Source of the DNA: Protoeuglena noctilucae
Taxonomy: Eukaryota
Direction of reading: 5' to 3'
Assembly: GCA_958009085.1 (NCBI GenBank)
Contig: OY253669.1
Span: forward strand, 1,054,001-1,118,000
DNA: 64,000 bases
Below the pieces are notes generated by a model. The model saw only the letters and a list, made by a program, of their open reading frames with translations, did no database searches and was not told where the DNA came from. The position numbers and the translations under genes are program-made. Shown piece by piece: positions 1-12,059 of this stretch (position 1 is its first letter; each line of letters starts with the position of its first letter).

Positions 1-3000
1 AGCTGGCATCTGCAGAGGAGCATCAGCCACCCTCGGATGCGGGGGAGGCGCAGGCGCGGCTCAGCACAGCATCGGGGGCAGCCAGCACGCAGGCCGAGCA
101 AGCAAGCAACAATGAGGGTGGCGACGTGGATGCGGGTGATGCGGTGGAACCTCATGCTCAGAGTGACCGGGGCAGCCTTGCCAGCGATGGCGGGGCCATC
201 GGCTTGCACGCGTCAACAGCGGGCCTGGAGATGACTCACAGGCAGCGCTCGGTACCCGAACCTAAAACAGCGACGCTCAGCTCTCCGCGCGTTGCACAGT
301 CGGGGCCAGAGGAGGCGGTGGTGGGGAGCGAGAGCAAGAGTGGGTGCGCAGACAGCGAGGTGCTACCTGAGCCATTGCTTGCGGCCACCACACGCCCACA
401 AGCGGCCGAGGGAGATGCGGGGCGGAGCGCGGTCATCCGCCGCGCTCCTTCGCATCGCGCCAGTGCGGGTGCCGTGGCTGGGACAAGTGATGTGACCGGG
501 ACAGGTGGGGCTGACGGCGTGGCCCTGGGTGCGGGCGAGGAGGGCACAGCCCCAGTGGGGTTGGCTGTACGTGTTGCCGGGGAGAGGGACGTCCGAGAGG
601 GTGTGGCCATTGGTGCTGCCGAGGACGCCACTGCGTCAGTAGGTGTGGCTGGGCCTGAGGCGGCTACGACTGAGAAGGCGACGGAAAGGGCGGGGGCGAG
701 TGTGGTCGTGGGCTCCAGACAAGGCGCGGCCATCGACACAGCGAGCGAAGCGCCTGAACGCTGTGACCAGGATGATGCTGCAGCGTCGGCTTGCGAGGTG
801 ATGCTGGGCTGTGGCAAACATAACGCTTCCAGCGTCGCACAGCTCATGCCAAGGCACTCGTCTCAAACACCGCAATGTACCGTGCATGCGCAGGTCCCTG
901 GGCAGCCCGTGGGGAGGGCGGAGTCGCTGTCGGCGCCGCAGAGCAGGGCTGAGGCTGTGCAGACTGATGTTACGCCGAGTGCGCACGGTGTGGCACAGAC
1001 GGATGCCATGCCGAGCGCACATTGGGCTGCGCAGACAGATGCGACACCGAGCGCACATGGCGTGGCCCAAACCAACGCCCTACCGAGCATGCATGGGGTG
1101 GCGCAGACAGATGCTGTGCCGAACGTACACGGGGCCGCACAGACGGAGGCTGTGCCGAGCGCACACAGTGTGGCCCAAACAGAGGCTGTGCCGAGCGCAC
1201 ATGGGGTGGCACAGACGGAGCAAGCGATCGTGCCGCAAGAGGGCGCTATGCCGATTGCGATGTCGACCACGGCTGAGGTGGTCATGCAGACGCCGTGCGG
1301 CCCCAAGGCTCACGATCACGGAATCGTCACAGCCTCGAGGGTCACGAGCGTGCAGACGGACGGCGTCGCTTCAATCCACCGCTCCGTGCAGACGGATCCG
1401 ATCACCCCATCGCCTCCGTCCCTGCCAGTCACTGCGGACATTCCGATACGGGACGCAGCCGGCCCACTCTCCGCCGCCTATCCATCGCTTTCGCAGTCCA
1501 AGCAAGCCCTCCCGCGGCCGGCGCGCTCCCCAGCGGTCGCGACGCCCGCGTTTGCCAGCACCCGTGCGCTCTCGGGAGTGCAGCGGCTCCGGGGAGGCGG
1601 CCAGGTCGGCGACGATTCCGTTTCGGGTTCCCAGAGCGGCTCACCGGACGCGCCAGACCGGGCTGGGCAACACGAGGTGCGCGACATGCAAGCCAGATCG
1701 GGCGGACCCCCGGTTGCAATTGGTCCCCAGCAGAGCAGCCCGGGACCGGTGGAAGCTGGCTTGCCATCGCCGACACCGGCAGACCCGCCCTCAACTGCCC
1801 AGCGGTCCACGGGGCTGCCACCGAGACACGACGGGATCGCGACTGGGGCGGGTGGCGTGACTGGGGCGAGTGGCGTGGTTACTGGGGCAGGTGCTAGGTC
1901 GGTTGTGGACTCACCAGACGGCTGGGACGGCGCAGCTGCGGCCGGGAGTGCGCAGGAGGAACCGAGGAGCCACGAGCTGGAGGATGCGAGGAGTATAATC
2001 ACGGAGGTGATGCTTGCGACTGCGGGCCGCGATGTGGGGAGTTGGAAAGTGCCCGGAGCAGTGCCACAATGCCAACGTGATGCACCTTTGCTGCGCTCGT
2101 AGGTTCCCCTGGCACGCATGCCCTCTATGGGTGCGTCGGTGGCCCCGTCAATGCAGCCGCGCGTGTCGGTCGGCTGGACGGTCGCAACGCTGTCGGAGAT
2201 ATCGCCGCCCGTCGGAGGGACCCTCCGCGGGGCCCCGGTAGGGCCCCTGGACGCCTGGCCGCTGATGCGCGTGCAGCTGTCGGGCACGGCGGAGGAAGAG
2301 GGGGGCGCGCCGCTGCCGGATGCGGCCAGGGTGGCGGCGGTGGAGGCGGGGGACGGCGGCCGGGGGTCCGCGGCTGCCACGAGCGTGGGCGGCTACGACC
2401 CCGCTGCCAGCGCCGTCAGCTGGGCTACCCGCATGGACCAGGGCTACGTCGGGGACGCCGCGGTTCTGACGGCCCACGCCCTCCGCACCGCCGCTCCCAG
2501 CGCGGCGCCCAGCGGGGCCCTGGGGGCGGCGGTGGCGGCGCTCGGGCCGCATTCGGCGGACCCGGCCTCTGGCGTGCCGGGCGAGCAGGAGGGTGACCGG
2601 GATGCGGGTGCGGGCGCGCTCCCGGGCGACACGCCTGTTGGGGTCGGGGAGCGTGATCGTGCGGGAGGCGCAGGCAGCGAGGGTGCCTCCGGGGCACTCG
2701 CGGGTGGCAACGCCAGCGCCCACGACCGCATCGTCCAGTCCATCGTCGACGGGGTGCGCCGCAAGCGCAGTTCCCCGACTGCGGGTGCCAGCCAGTCACG
2801 GTCGTCGCACAGCCCGGGCCATGGGGCGGCTGCGGGGGAGGGCGTGGGGCCGGACGGCCTGGAGGTCGTCGACTGGGCTCTGCTGCAAGTGGGGCGGGCC
2901 GTGGATGTCGACGAGGAGGGGTCTGCGGGCGGGGGTTTGAGTCCCGAGGGCATCGTGAGGGACGCCAAGGGTGAGAAGCAGGTGGGGCCCATGGAGCTGG

Positions 3001-3734
3001 GGGACGCGCGGAGAGGCGGGCGCGGGTACAGCGACCGTGCGCAGGCGGCGCGGGGGGAGCCGGAGAGGCGCGGCGGGAGGCGAGGCGAGGGGCAGGCCCT
3101 CCTTGCCCCGCCGGGGGTGGCGACGGCCGCGGCTGGGGACGCGAGGGCGATGGAGGACAGCGTGCGCTCTGCGGTGCCGACGGCGGACGCGGGGGGACCT
3201 GCCGCAACGCCCCGGCTGCCGCTGCCGCCGGGCTACGACGTCGCTGCTTTGGAGGACCTGAGGGACTTTGAGGTGGCGGGGGAGGGCGGGGACGAGGCGG
3301 AGGGGAACGGGGACGCGACCCCGCGCAGCTCGTCGAGCGCGGAGCCGCGGTCGCGCGTGGAGGCGGCGGCGCCGGTCGGCGAGCGCGGGATGGGCCCGGA
3401 GTGGCGCATGCACCTGGCGCGACTGCCCGGGCGCCCCGGCACGTTCGGGTCGACGCCCGCGGCTACGCTGCGCAGCGACGGGGCGTCGGGGTACCCCGTG
3501 GGATACCTGGGCGCGAGCGGGGCGGCCTGCGCCTTCCGCGTCGGTGGCTTACGCGTCCCGCGGGGGACCAAGGCCGTCGTCTTCGTGCTGCAGGGGGTCC
3601 TTAGCTCGGGCGAAGTCGTCCCCGTCAGCCGCAGCCCGCGCGTGCGCATCGTCGTGGGGCCCGGGGGGTCGCTGCGCAAGCTGACGTCGATGGCCATCGC
3701 GGAGCCCAGCCGCACCGCCGTGCTCAGGAACTAG
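1..3734 (+). CDS. 5'-partial large low-complexity protein with a 12-aa QT repeat array and a C-terminus resembling cytosolic endo-beta-N-acetylglucosaminidase (GH85/ENGase)
   Basis: The frame is open from base 3. A probable GT-AG intron at 2007-2102 removes the TAG at 2100. The C-terminal YLGASGAACAFRVGGLRV...VVFVLQGVLSSGEVVP resembles the ENGase C-terminal beta domain as I recall it. The catalytic domain would lie upstream of the window. Confidence 0.5.
954..1220 (+). repeat. 36-nt coding tandem repeat, about 7.4 units of (V/A)AQT(D/E)AxPSAHG
   Basis: Translation reads AVQTDVTPSAHG VAQTDAMPSAHW AAQTDATPSAHG VAQTNALPSMHG VAQTDAVPNVHG AAQTEAVPSAHS VAQTEAVPSAHG VAQTE. Confidence 0.95.
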
Positions 3735-3959
3735 ACTGGCGTGCGCCAGTGCAGGCGCGCATGATCGCCAGGCTGGCGCGCCCGTGCTCTCAGTTGCTTG
3801 GAATAGACGTAGGGGGAGGCGCCTTTCTTGAAACTTCGGCGTACACGCGAAATCCTTCAAACGGCTAGCGCTGACTTCGCCTTTCTTTGGCGCCTCCGCA
3901 TCGCCTTCCTCGGCATTGCTCGTCAGTAATTGTTTTCGCTTTTCAAGGGACTCAGCGGG

Positions 3960-6548
3960 ATGTCCTGGGCGTCGCCGCCGCGGTGCGGCTGCCGTCCCGG
4001 GCCCCTTGTTGACCCCAGTCCCTTTTTACGTGTGCACCGATCAGCAGCGTCGCTGCCGTCCAGGATGCCTGCGCGATTTGTGGAGCTTGGTATGAATGGT
4101 ACGTGGCGGGACTGGCGACGGCGCATCTCGCGATCCCGATCGCCGGGGCCGTGGTTAAAGGGCGCCTTGTCCGATTCGTCGGCCGGTTCCGTCGAGACGG
4201 TGCGGGGCCACGACTCGCTGACGATCCATGCGTGGGTGCCGTCGAAGCCCGTTTCGGAACGCCAGCATGGGGCGCACGGAGTCCCGCGGGTCCGGACGTA
4301 CACGCACCACGCCGGTTCCAAAAAGGCCGACCTTAAAGCTGCCCACGGAGGAGATCAGCCCGCCGGCGGGACTGTGTCTCCGGCACTGCCGTCGTTCGTC
4401 ACCATCCTCCTCCAGGTGGCCGTGTGTGCAGCAGCAGTCGTGACCGACCCCGGTGAGCCCAGACGAAGCTGCCTCTGACCTGATGCCCCACTCCGCATGT
4501 CTGCCGATGCCCAGGTGTGTCCCCTCGCTCGCGCAGTGATGGGCCTCATCGACGCGGCTTTCGTGGCGCGGCTGGGCACCGTGCAACTGGCTTCTATGGG
4601 CCCAGCCACCACGGTCTTCAACACCATCGCGATCCTGGTGTCTGCCTCCCTCGCCGCTGCGACCACGGAGACAGTGTCGGCTGCCCTGGGGCGCAGAGAG
4701 GCGGCCCGTGGAGTGGCGCCGCCTAAAAGGAGCCACAGCACCCAAGGCAATGCTCGCGCCGTCTCTTTCCTCACGGGGGGCGGCGACGCGGCTCTGGGTG
4801 AGGGGGCGGTGCCCTAACCCCACGCTGCACTTGCACGCTGCGATGACGACTGACTGGCTGGACTGGGCTGGGCTGGGCCACCCCTCGTGAGCCCGCCCTA
4901 TATGTGACACGTCAGGGTTATTGCTATCGCAGTGCGTGACCAGATGGGCACCGAGGCAGTCGCCGCCGCGAGCAACATGGCTGCCGAGAGCGCCCCGGGC
5001 CAAGCCCTGGGAGCAGCGCTGGCGACGGCACTGGTTTTGGGGACCTCGCTGGCTGCAGCTGTCCTGGTGGCGCCTTCTCAGTGGCTCTGTTACGCCGCCT
5101 GCGACCCGGCCCTCCTGCCCTACGCCGTGCCCTACCTGGCCATCCGAGGCGAGGCTCGCCTTGCCAGAATGGCACTTGCATGGGCATGGGCTGGCTGACC
5201 AGTGCTGAGGCGCAGGGAGGTCTGGCCTTGACTGAGACACTGAGATTGAGACTGGCCCTGCCCCGCAGCGCTGGCCCTCGTGCCCGGCGGCATGTTCATC
5301 GTGCTGCAGAGCGCCCTGCACGCCGCGTCAGACTTCCGCACGCCACTGACAGCCATGATACTGGGTGAGACGGACCGGCCTGCCCAGTCACACCCAATGA
5401 CGCAACTGGCACTCTCTGACACGTGCATGCTGACACCCGTATCCCGCCCATGGCCCCGCAGGCTCCCTCGTAAACGCTCTCCTGGACCCGGTCCTCATCT
5501 GGTGGGCCGGGTGGGGCCCCGCCGGTGCCGCGGCCGCCACGGTGGTCGCGGAGCTCTGCCAAGCCACGTATCTGACGGCCCACATCCTGACTGCGAAGCG
5601 TGACGTGTTCTTCCTTCCCCTGCCCCTGCGCAAGGCTCTCGCGGCCGCCCGGCCGCCCCTGGTGCGCAGCGAGCGGCGCGGCAGCACGCATGCTATTCAG
5701 CCACGTTTGTACATGGCCACCGCGCCTCCCATCAACCCACCCCGCATTAGCACCCCCCGCCGCTCCCTGGCCGCAGGACGCCGTGTCGCAGTTCGTGCGC
5801 AACGGCGCGGTGCTCATGACGCGAGCGGTCACAGTCGTGATGATCTGGACCGCCACGGGCTTCTCGGCGGCCAAGCTCGGCGTCGGTGCCTCCGCGGCCC
5901 ACCAGATCGTGCTGAGCCTGCAGCAGTTCCAGGCCATCGCCGTCGGGGCCTTCACGACCGTCGCCACCGCCCAAACGGCCCGGGCCCTGGCGGCGTCGGG
6001 CCCTCGCACCGCTGTGCGCGTCGGGCAGCGCGTCGCAACCCTGGCGCTCCTGGCGTCCGTGACGTTCGCGGGCGTCACCTGGGCGGCCCAGGGCCCGCTC
6101 CTCCGAGGGTTCAGGCGAGGGAGCGGTAGGCCAGGGCAGATGCATGGTCACATGATGCGTACCGCCCATAACCACCGGTGACATGTCCTACGCGTGTTAT
6201 CTGCCCTGCCGTCACCGCCCTTGCGTCCCCGCCATCGCCCGCAGCTCGGACCCCGCCGTGCTGGCCATGGCTGCGCCCGCCTTCGGCCCCATGTGCTGCA
6301 TGCTTGGCATCATGTGGTTTAAGGCGCTGGAGGGCTCGCTGATCGGCGTCGGGGACGGGGCATTCATGGCGTCCGCGTTTGCCCCGGGCGCTGGGGCTTG
6401 CTTGGCATGTCTTGCGTTAGGGCCACGCTTCCTGGGCCCAGACGCCGGACTCGTGACCGTGTGGATGGCCCTTCTGGCCTACTACCTCGCCGTCGCCTCG
6501 CTGCTGCTCGGGAGGTGGCTATGGAAGTGGCAGCCTCAGGGTATCTGA
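3960..6548 (+). CDS. MATE/DinF-family (DETOXIFICATION) transporter, probable transit peptide, 7 exons
   Basis: Motifs VTDPVMGLIDAAFVARLGTVQLASMG, YLAIRALA, DFRTPL, GPAGAAAATVVAE and AAHQIV. Introns at 5149 and 6115 have GC donors. Confidence 0.85.
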
Positions 6549-6824
6549 GCCATCCCGCATGCACGTCGCATTTGCCATCACCCGTGCTAATGCTGTTGGG
6601 TGACGTTGGCCAGCCCGCTCGCTCGGCAGCTGAGTATGAGAACCCGGTGACTCTTGCGGTGTGTTTCAAATGTCCAATCTTCAAGGGGCTTGAAGCGGGC
6701 GCAGAGAGTTCCAATTATGGGTCCGACGGTGGGAAACGGTAACACGCCTCTACTCGCATCGCTATGTCTACATCGCTAGTCTCCGTGTCACAACACAAAG
6801 GGGCCATGCGCACGCCACCTGCAT

Positions 6825-9800
6825 TCAGGTGCGCCCTCCCGGGGGCCCCGGCCAATAGTCCCGGCCACGCTGCCCCTCGCCGCCACCGTCACCACCACCA
6901 GCACCGCCCTGCGGCGACAGGGGGCTCTCCTGGGCCAGCCGGACCCGGTAATCCCGCACCCGCTGCTGGTGCGCGGCTCTAAGGAAGGAAGACCGGGACT
7001 CCGGGGACAAACCCCTGCCGGCCAGGGGCACACCGGCCCCGCGGCCCACACCCCCGCGCTCAGCGGGCGGCCCCGCCCCCGCACGCGGCCCGGGCGGCTC
7101 GGCCAAGACCGCGACTGACACCGACACCGATCGAGCGCTGTGGCCGCCGCTGCTCGCCAGGGGCGCCGTCCTGTCGCGCGAGCCCCCGCTGTGCCCCGAG
7201 TGACCTCGCAGCATGGGCGCCCCGGACGTCTCCCTCCCAGCCCCGCCCTCGCACTCCCCCATCGCACCCTCCCCCTCGCCGCCCCCGCTGGCCCCCGCCA
7301 CCTCGTACCCCGCCACTAAGCTCCCCCGCCGCGTCAGGGCCAGCAGACCCCGGCTGCCCAGCTGGCTCAGGGACGACAGCGTCGACCGCAGCGTGGTGCC
7401 CAGGGCCGCCATCGCAGACGCCATGTGCACCTGGAACCCTGACCCCAGGCCCGGGCGCTCAGTCCCGCCCATACTCGACGCCGCGTCCCGGGATGGCGCC
7501 CGGTCCTTGCGCCCAAGCCCTGGGCTGGGCGGCACCCCACCGACGTGCCGCCCACTCGACGCATCCCCGTTGACGTCGCCCCCGGCGCCACGACCCCGCT
7601 GCGCCCCGCGCCCGCCCAGCCGCAGTACCGAGTCGGACAGGCGCTTCCCCACCGTCGCCGCGCCCCTGCTGGAATGGGGCATGCCCGGCGACCAAGGCCC
7701 CCCCGACCCCCGGTCCTGCACCAGCAGACTCCCCAGCTCCGACTCCCCAGCGGAGGACGTAGATGCGCCCGCGCTCGAGGACCGGCGGTCGCGAGCCGCG
7801 TTCCTGTGGGTCTGCTCGTGCCACGTGGGGCTGCGGGTCCCCACTCCCACGCTGCGGTCTCTGTCAGCCGGCGCGCGGCGGGGGCGGGTGGGCGAGACGG
7901 CCAGCGCCGAGCTCCACCCGAGGCTCGACGCCGAGGGCAGCCGGCCGACGTGCGGCGACGCCCCGTACAGCGTGCGGCGCGAGCGGGGGGCGCCGTGGTT
8001 GCCGGCCAGCCCCGCGGCCACCAGCTCCGCCATGAACGCACCCCGGGCGCTCGAGGGCGCGCGGGCCGCGTGCTCCCGGAGGTCGGCGCCGAGGGATCCG
8101 TACCCCACGGACCAGAACCCGGCGAAGGGCTCCCGGGCGCGTCCCCTGGTGACGTGGCGCCTATCAGCGTACGCGTCGCCCGTCTCCGACCAAATGCGCG
8201 ACTGGGCCGCCTCCCATTGCGCCGCCTCCTTCTCCTTCGTCCGCCCCTGCCGCACCGCCGACCCCGCCCGGTGGCGCAGGGACGCCTGGTCCGCCGCGCC
8301 CGCCGCGTTCCCACCAGCCGCATCCGCGCACTCCCCCGTGGACTGTTCGGATCCGGAGGGGTGCGAGTGGGCCACCGTCAAGTCGCTCTCGGACGGAGCG
8401 TAGCCACGCAGGTTCCGCACCCACGCGGCCGCCGGCGCCAGGGCCCTCCGGATCCAGAGAACTGCGAGGGGGCGAGCCCAGAGACCAGTTGTCGAGGACT
8501 GGCCGCGCTTGGTGGATTCGCCGTGGGCCGGCGCAGTGAGTAGCAACTCACCCGAGGCTGCGGCGGCGCGCCTGGCGAGGGGCCACGGCTTACGCTCTTG
8601 GGGCGGGAGGAGCAGGGCGGTGGCGATACCCAGGGCGAGCAGCCACGTGAGGCAGACGGCCATGCCGACCGCCCAGCTGTGGTAGCGCCCCGCGGAGGGC
8701 AGCAGCTCCGGGCAGGTGCTGTCCAGAAAGTCCTGGAGCGCCCCGTCTACGAAGGAGCACATGAGGATGCGCTCAGCAATGGGGACAGCCTCGAGCACCG
8801 TCTTGTAGGACCCCACCATGCGGTTCATCAGGTCCACGTCGGAGGGCGCGAACTCCCGGTCCTGGCGGAGGCACGCTGCCCGGTCGTTGCTGGAGCAGCT
8901 GTGCTGGATAACGAGCCTGCGAGGGGTGCGGGGTGCGGGCGGGATCACGCGATCGGTGTTAAGGAGGGGTGCGGGGTAGTGACGGTCATGGTAGCTCTCG
9001 CGTGTGTTTATGATTAGTGTCGCGGCGCACCTCACGGCGTCTTCGGGAGTGAGGGTGTGGAGAGGAGAGGGGTAGGGGTTGCCGGGGCCGCAGTTGGTGA
9101 CGGGGAAGTCCCCCGTGGCGAAATCCGCGGGGGGCGGCCCAAAGGGTAGGCAAATGAGGTTGAAAGGGGGGTTACCGGCGGACTGCGGGCGGGGTGGCAG
9201 GTGCACGGTGAAGCCCTGGTACGCCGGTGCAGTGCAGTGGGGCTGCGTGGGCGGGCATCGCAGCGCACAGACCTGGCGGAACATCGAGGCCTGCCGGATC
9301 CGGTTGTTGATCTGCTCGACGATATTGTTGATATAGCTCTTGACGTTGTTGATGGTGAGGTGCGACCTGCGGGGAGGACAGCAGTCGACGCGTCGTCCCC
9401 AACGGCGCAGGGAGGTCCAGGGGCAGAACAGCATCAGGACATCGCCAGCTCACCACACGTTGCTGGGACATGTGATCATGTCCCGGATGGCCGTGTTGCT
9501 TCCCGGGGTCACGCGGGGGTCCGTCACGAAGTCGTAAGAGGCGCGGCAGACATCCAACACGGCCTGTGACACACGAGTAATGCTCTCTCCTCGGTGCGTA
9601 GGTCCCATTCGGAGCTTTTAGCAAGCTCATCCGCTGATGTACATGAGACGAGTACGACATGTAGAGAGACTACGACAGCAGCGCGCCCGTCACCTCGTCC
9701 AATGCGACCAGGCCACCGGCGCCCACCCAGACGGACGTCGTGATGGGGACCAGGAGGACGAGCAGGGCCACCATAGCCGCCCTGCGCTGCTGCGTCATGG

Positions 9801-11796
9801 ACGCCGTCACTGCTGCGCCCTGCACGAGACGACAGGCAACCGCGGTTGCCGCACGTGCCGACGAGGCGCCGTGACACAATCGTCCCCAAGCACAGCCGCA
9901 GCAAGGTGCCTTACCAGCCCCGCTAGGAGGAAGGCGACGACCGTCACGCCCGTCTCAAACCGCCAGGCCATGCTGACTGCGGTCCCGCTCAGGGTCAGCA
10001 CTTTCGAGTAAGCCTCCGCCGCTTTCACCGACAGCATCCCCGCCGTGTTGAGCAAAATTTCCGGCGGAGCGACCCCGCCTTGCACTGCGAGCGGGGCACG
10101 CAGGGACTGTTTGCTGTGGGCGCCCCCAGCAACCCTGTTGCAAACACGACCGTTGGCTCTCGTGCGCCACTCGCCCGCGGCCTCGATGACGTGGGACGCG
10201 AGGGACAAGGTGTCCTCCGCGAAGCTGTCCACGTATGCCTGGATGCCCTCCATGGCCCCCTCCACCTCCCGCGCCATCACCCCTGATGCTCGGTACAAGG
10301 CAATGGCGGCCGCCAGGAGCATCGCCGCAGCCAGGCCGGCCGCGAGCCGCACCGCTCTGCAAGAAAGGCCGCGTGTCACGAGGTCCCTCCCCCGCCCGCC
10401 TTCGACCCCTGCGGGCTGACCAGGGCAGCAAAGCGTCACATGTCACCTGGCGGCCCTGGCGGTGCGGTCCCCGACGTAGTCCCCCACGCGCTTCCCGAAG
10501 AAAGGGCGGCGGTCGACCCACATGAACAAGCCGCGGACGATGGACGCCAGGACGGCCAGGGCGACGATGGCGGCGCCCGTGATGGCCGGCCCGTGCCCGG
10601 TCCACGCGAGGGACGACCAGTACGCGCCGATACCGGGCTCGAAGCCGCCCACATACGTTGCCAACGCGTGCATGGGGTCGGGACGCGGCACGACCGCGAG
10701 GGGGACCCGGGGGCCCAGGCCCAGCAGCTGGTTCCTCGTGGAGAGAAGCGACGACGGGTCGGGGAGGAGGGCCTGACCCCTTTGCTGCAGGAGATCCATC
10801 AGACGATTGCGCTCCTGGGCGCTGATTTGGCCGCTGCTCACCACTTGGCTGCAGGGCAGGAAAAGGGTAGACGGAGGTAAAAGATGTCGAGCCGCGACGC
10901 GCGCCCGGTCCACGTCCTGCGCAAGTCACGCAGCTGCTAGCTTCCTAACTTACTTGATCTCTTGCCACGGCCCCGTTGGGTCGGGCGTCACCGCCGGCGA
11001 CGCGCTGGGTGTGGGCGTGGCCCCCGGGGCACTCGCGGGGGCCCCTGCGGCCGCGTCATCCGCCTGCGCCAGATATCGCGCCGGCGAGACCTGCGGGGTG
11101 ACACGTTCGTTCGAGATCGAGAAGTCGGAGCGCACATCGAGCTGAGGGGCCGGCCAGCCAGGTGGCCGGATGCTGGACAGGAACCCCCGCACCTGGCGCC
11201 GGGGGCTCGCATCCCGCAGACCAAGTGCATCGCTTCTCACGTTGACCGTGCAGGAGTTCCCCAGACCCGTCCCGTGAAGGCCCCTCCCCCCTCCTGCAAT
11301 TCGCAGCACGACATAAGGTTGCATGCAGAGGAGCGCAGCAAGGGCGACCCGAAGGCCGTCGCGTCGTAGGCACAGACTCAATTATGGCAAGCGCGCTCGC
11401 GGTTTGAACGCTCGTGCCCCGCTCGGCCGCAGAGGCCCCGAGTGTGCCCTCACCAAAGCTCAAGGTGTGCTTTCCGGACGAGGACGCTGGCGCGTCCATC
11501 ACCAACAAGGAGTCCGCGGGTCTTTCCCCCTCCCATCGTGCCCGCGGTTCCCCCCCGGCATCCGCATGGCCCAGGGTTCCTTCCGCGTGGTCAAGGGCCT
11601 TGACTGGGGTGCCCGCCGAGCGTTCGCTCTCAAAAACCACACTCCTGGGCTCCGATACCAGCATCCCGCCCGCGGGATTGGGTCCCGGCTCTCCGCTGGG
11701 TCCCAGCTCCGCCGGTCCTCGCGCGCGCTGCACAGAGGCAAAGGCCCCGCCAGCGCCACGCGCGGGGGCCCCGCGGCCCTCCCCGACACCAGTCAT
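6825..11796 (-). CDS. Tweety/prominin-like multi-pass membrane protein (plant transmembrane family) with long disordered C-terminal tail
   Basis: Multiple hydrophobic helices. Cys-containing loop motifs LDVCRASYDFVTDP...AIRDMITCP, ICLPFG and ILMCSFVDGALQDFLDSTCPEL are followed by a TM helix. The start codon and 5' exons are uncertain. Confidence 0.6.
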
Positions 11797-12059
11797 GGAC
11801 TCAGCTTCCCATGCTGGCCAGGCGCGAGCACATAGACTCCGCGCAACTAAGGAAGGCGCTCAGGAACGCGCGTGCCGGCATGGCCACATCTATGCGCGCG
11901 CCAACGGGCCTATTTCCCAGGATTGTGGCTGCACCGTCGTTGGGCAGGCGTGAAACCCCGGCTTTTCGCCTCCCCTTCTCGCCAGAAAGATGTGCCGCAA
12001 GCGCCGAGTGTGCGCGAGGGTGCACGCGTGCGCGCATTCCGTTCGCCAAGTCAGCCGGT

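Noticed and set aside
2100..2102. In-frame TAG between two same-frame ORFs (readthrough or TAR=Gln code)
   Set aside because: It is explained as the acceptor of a 96-nt intron (2007-2102). Conserved genes here end at TAG normally.
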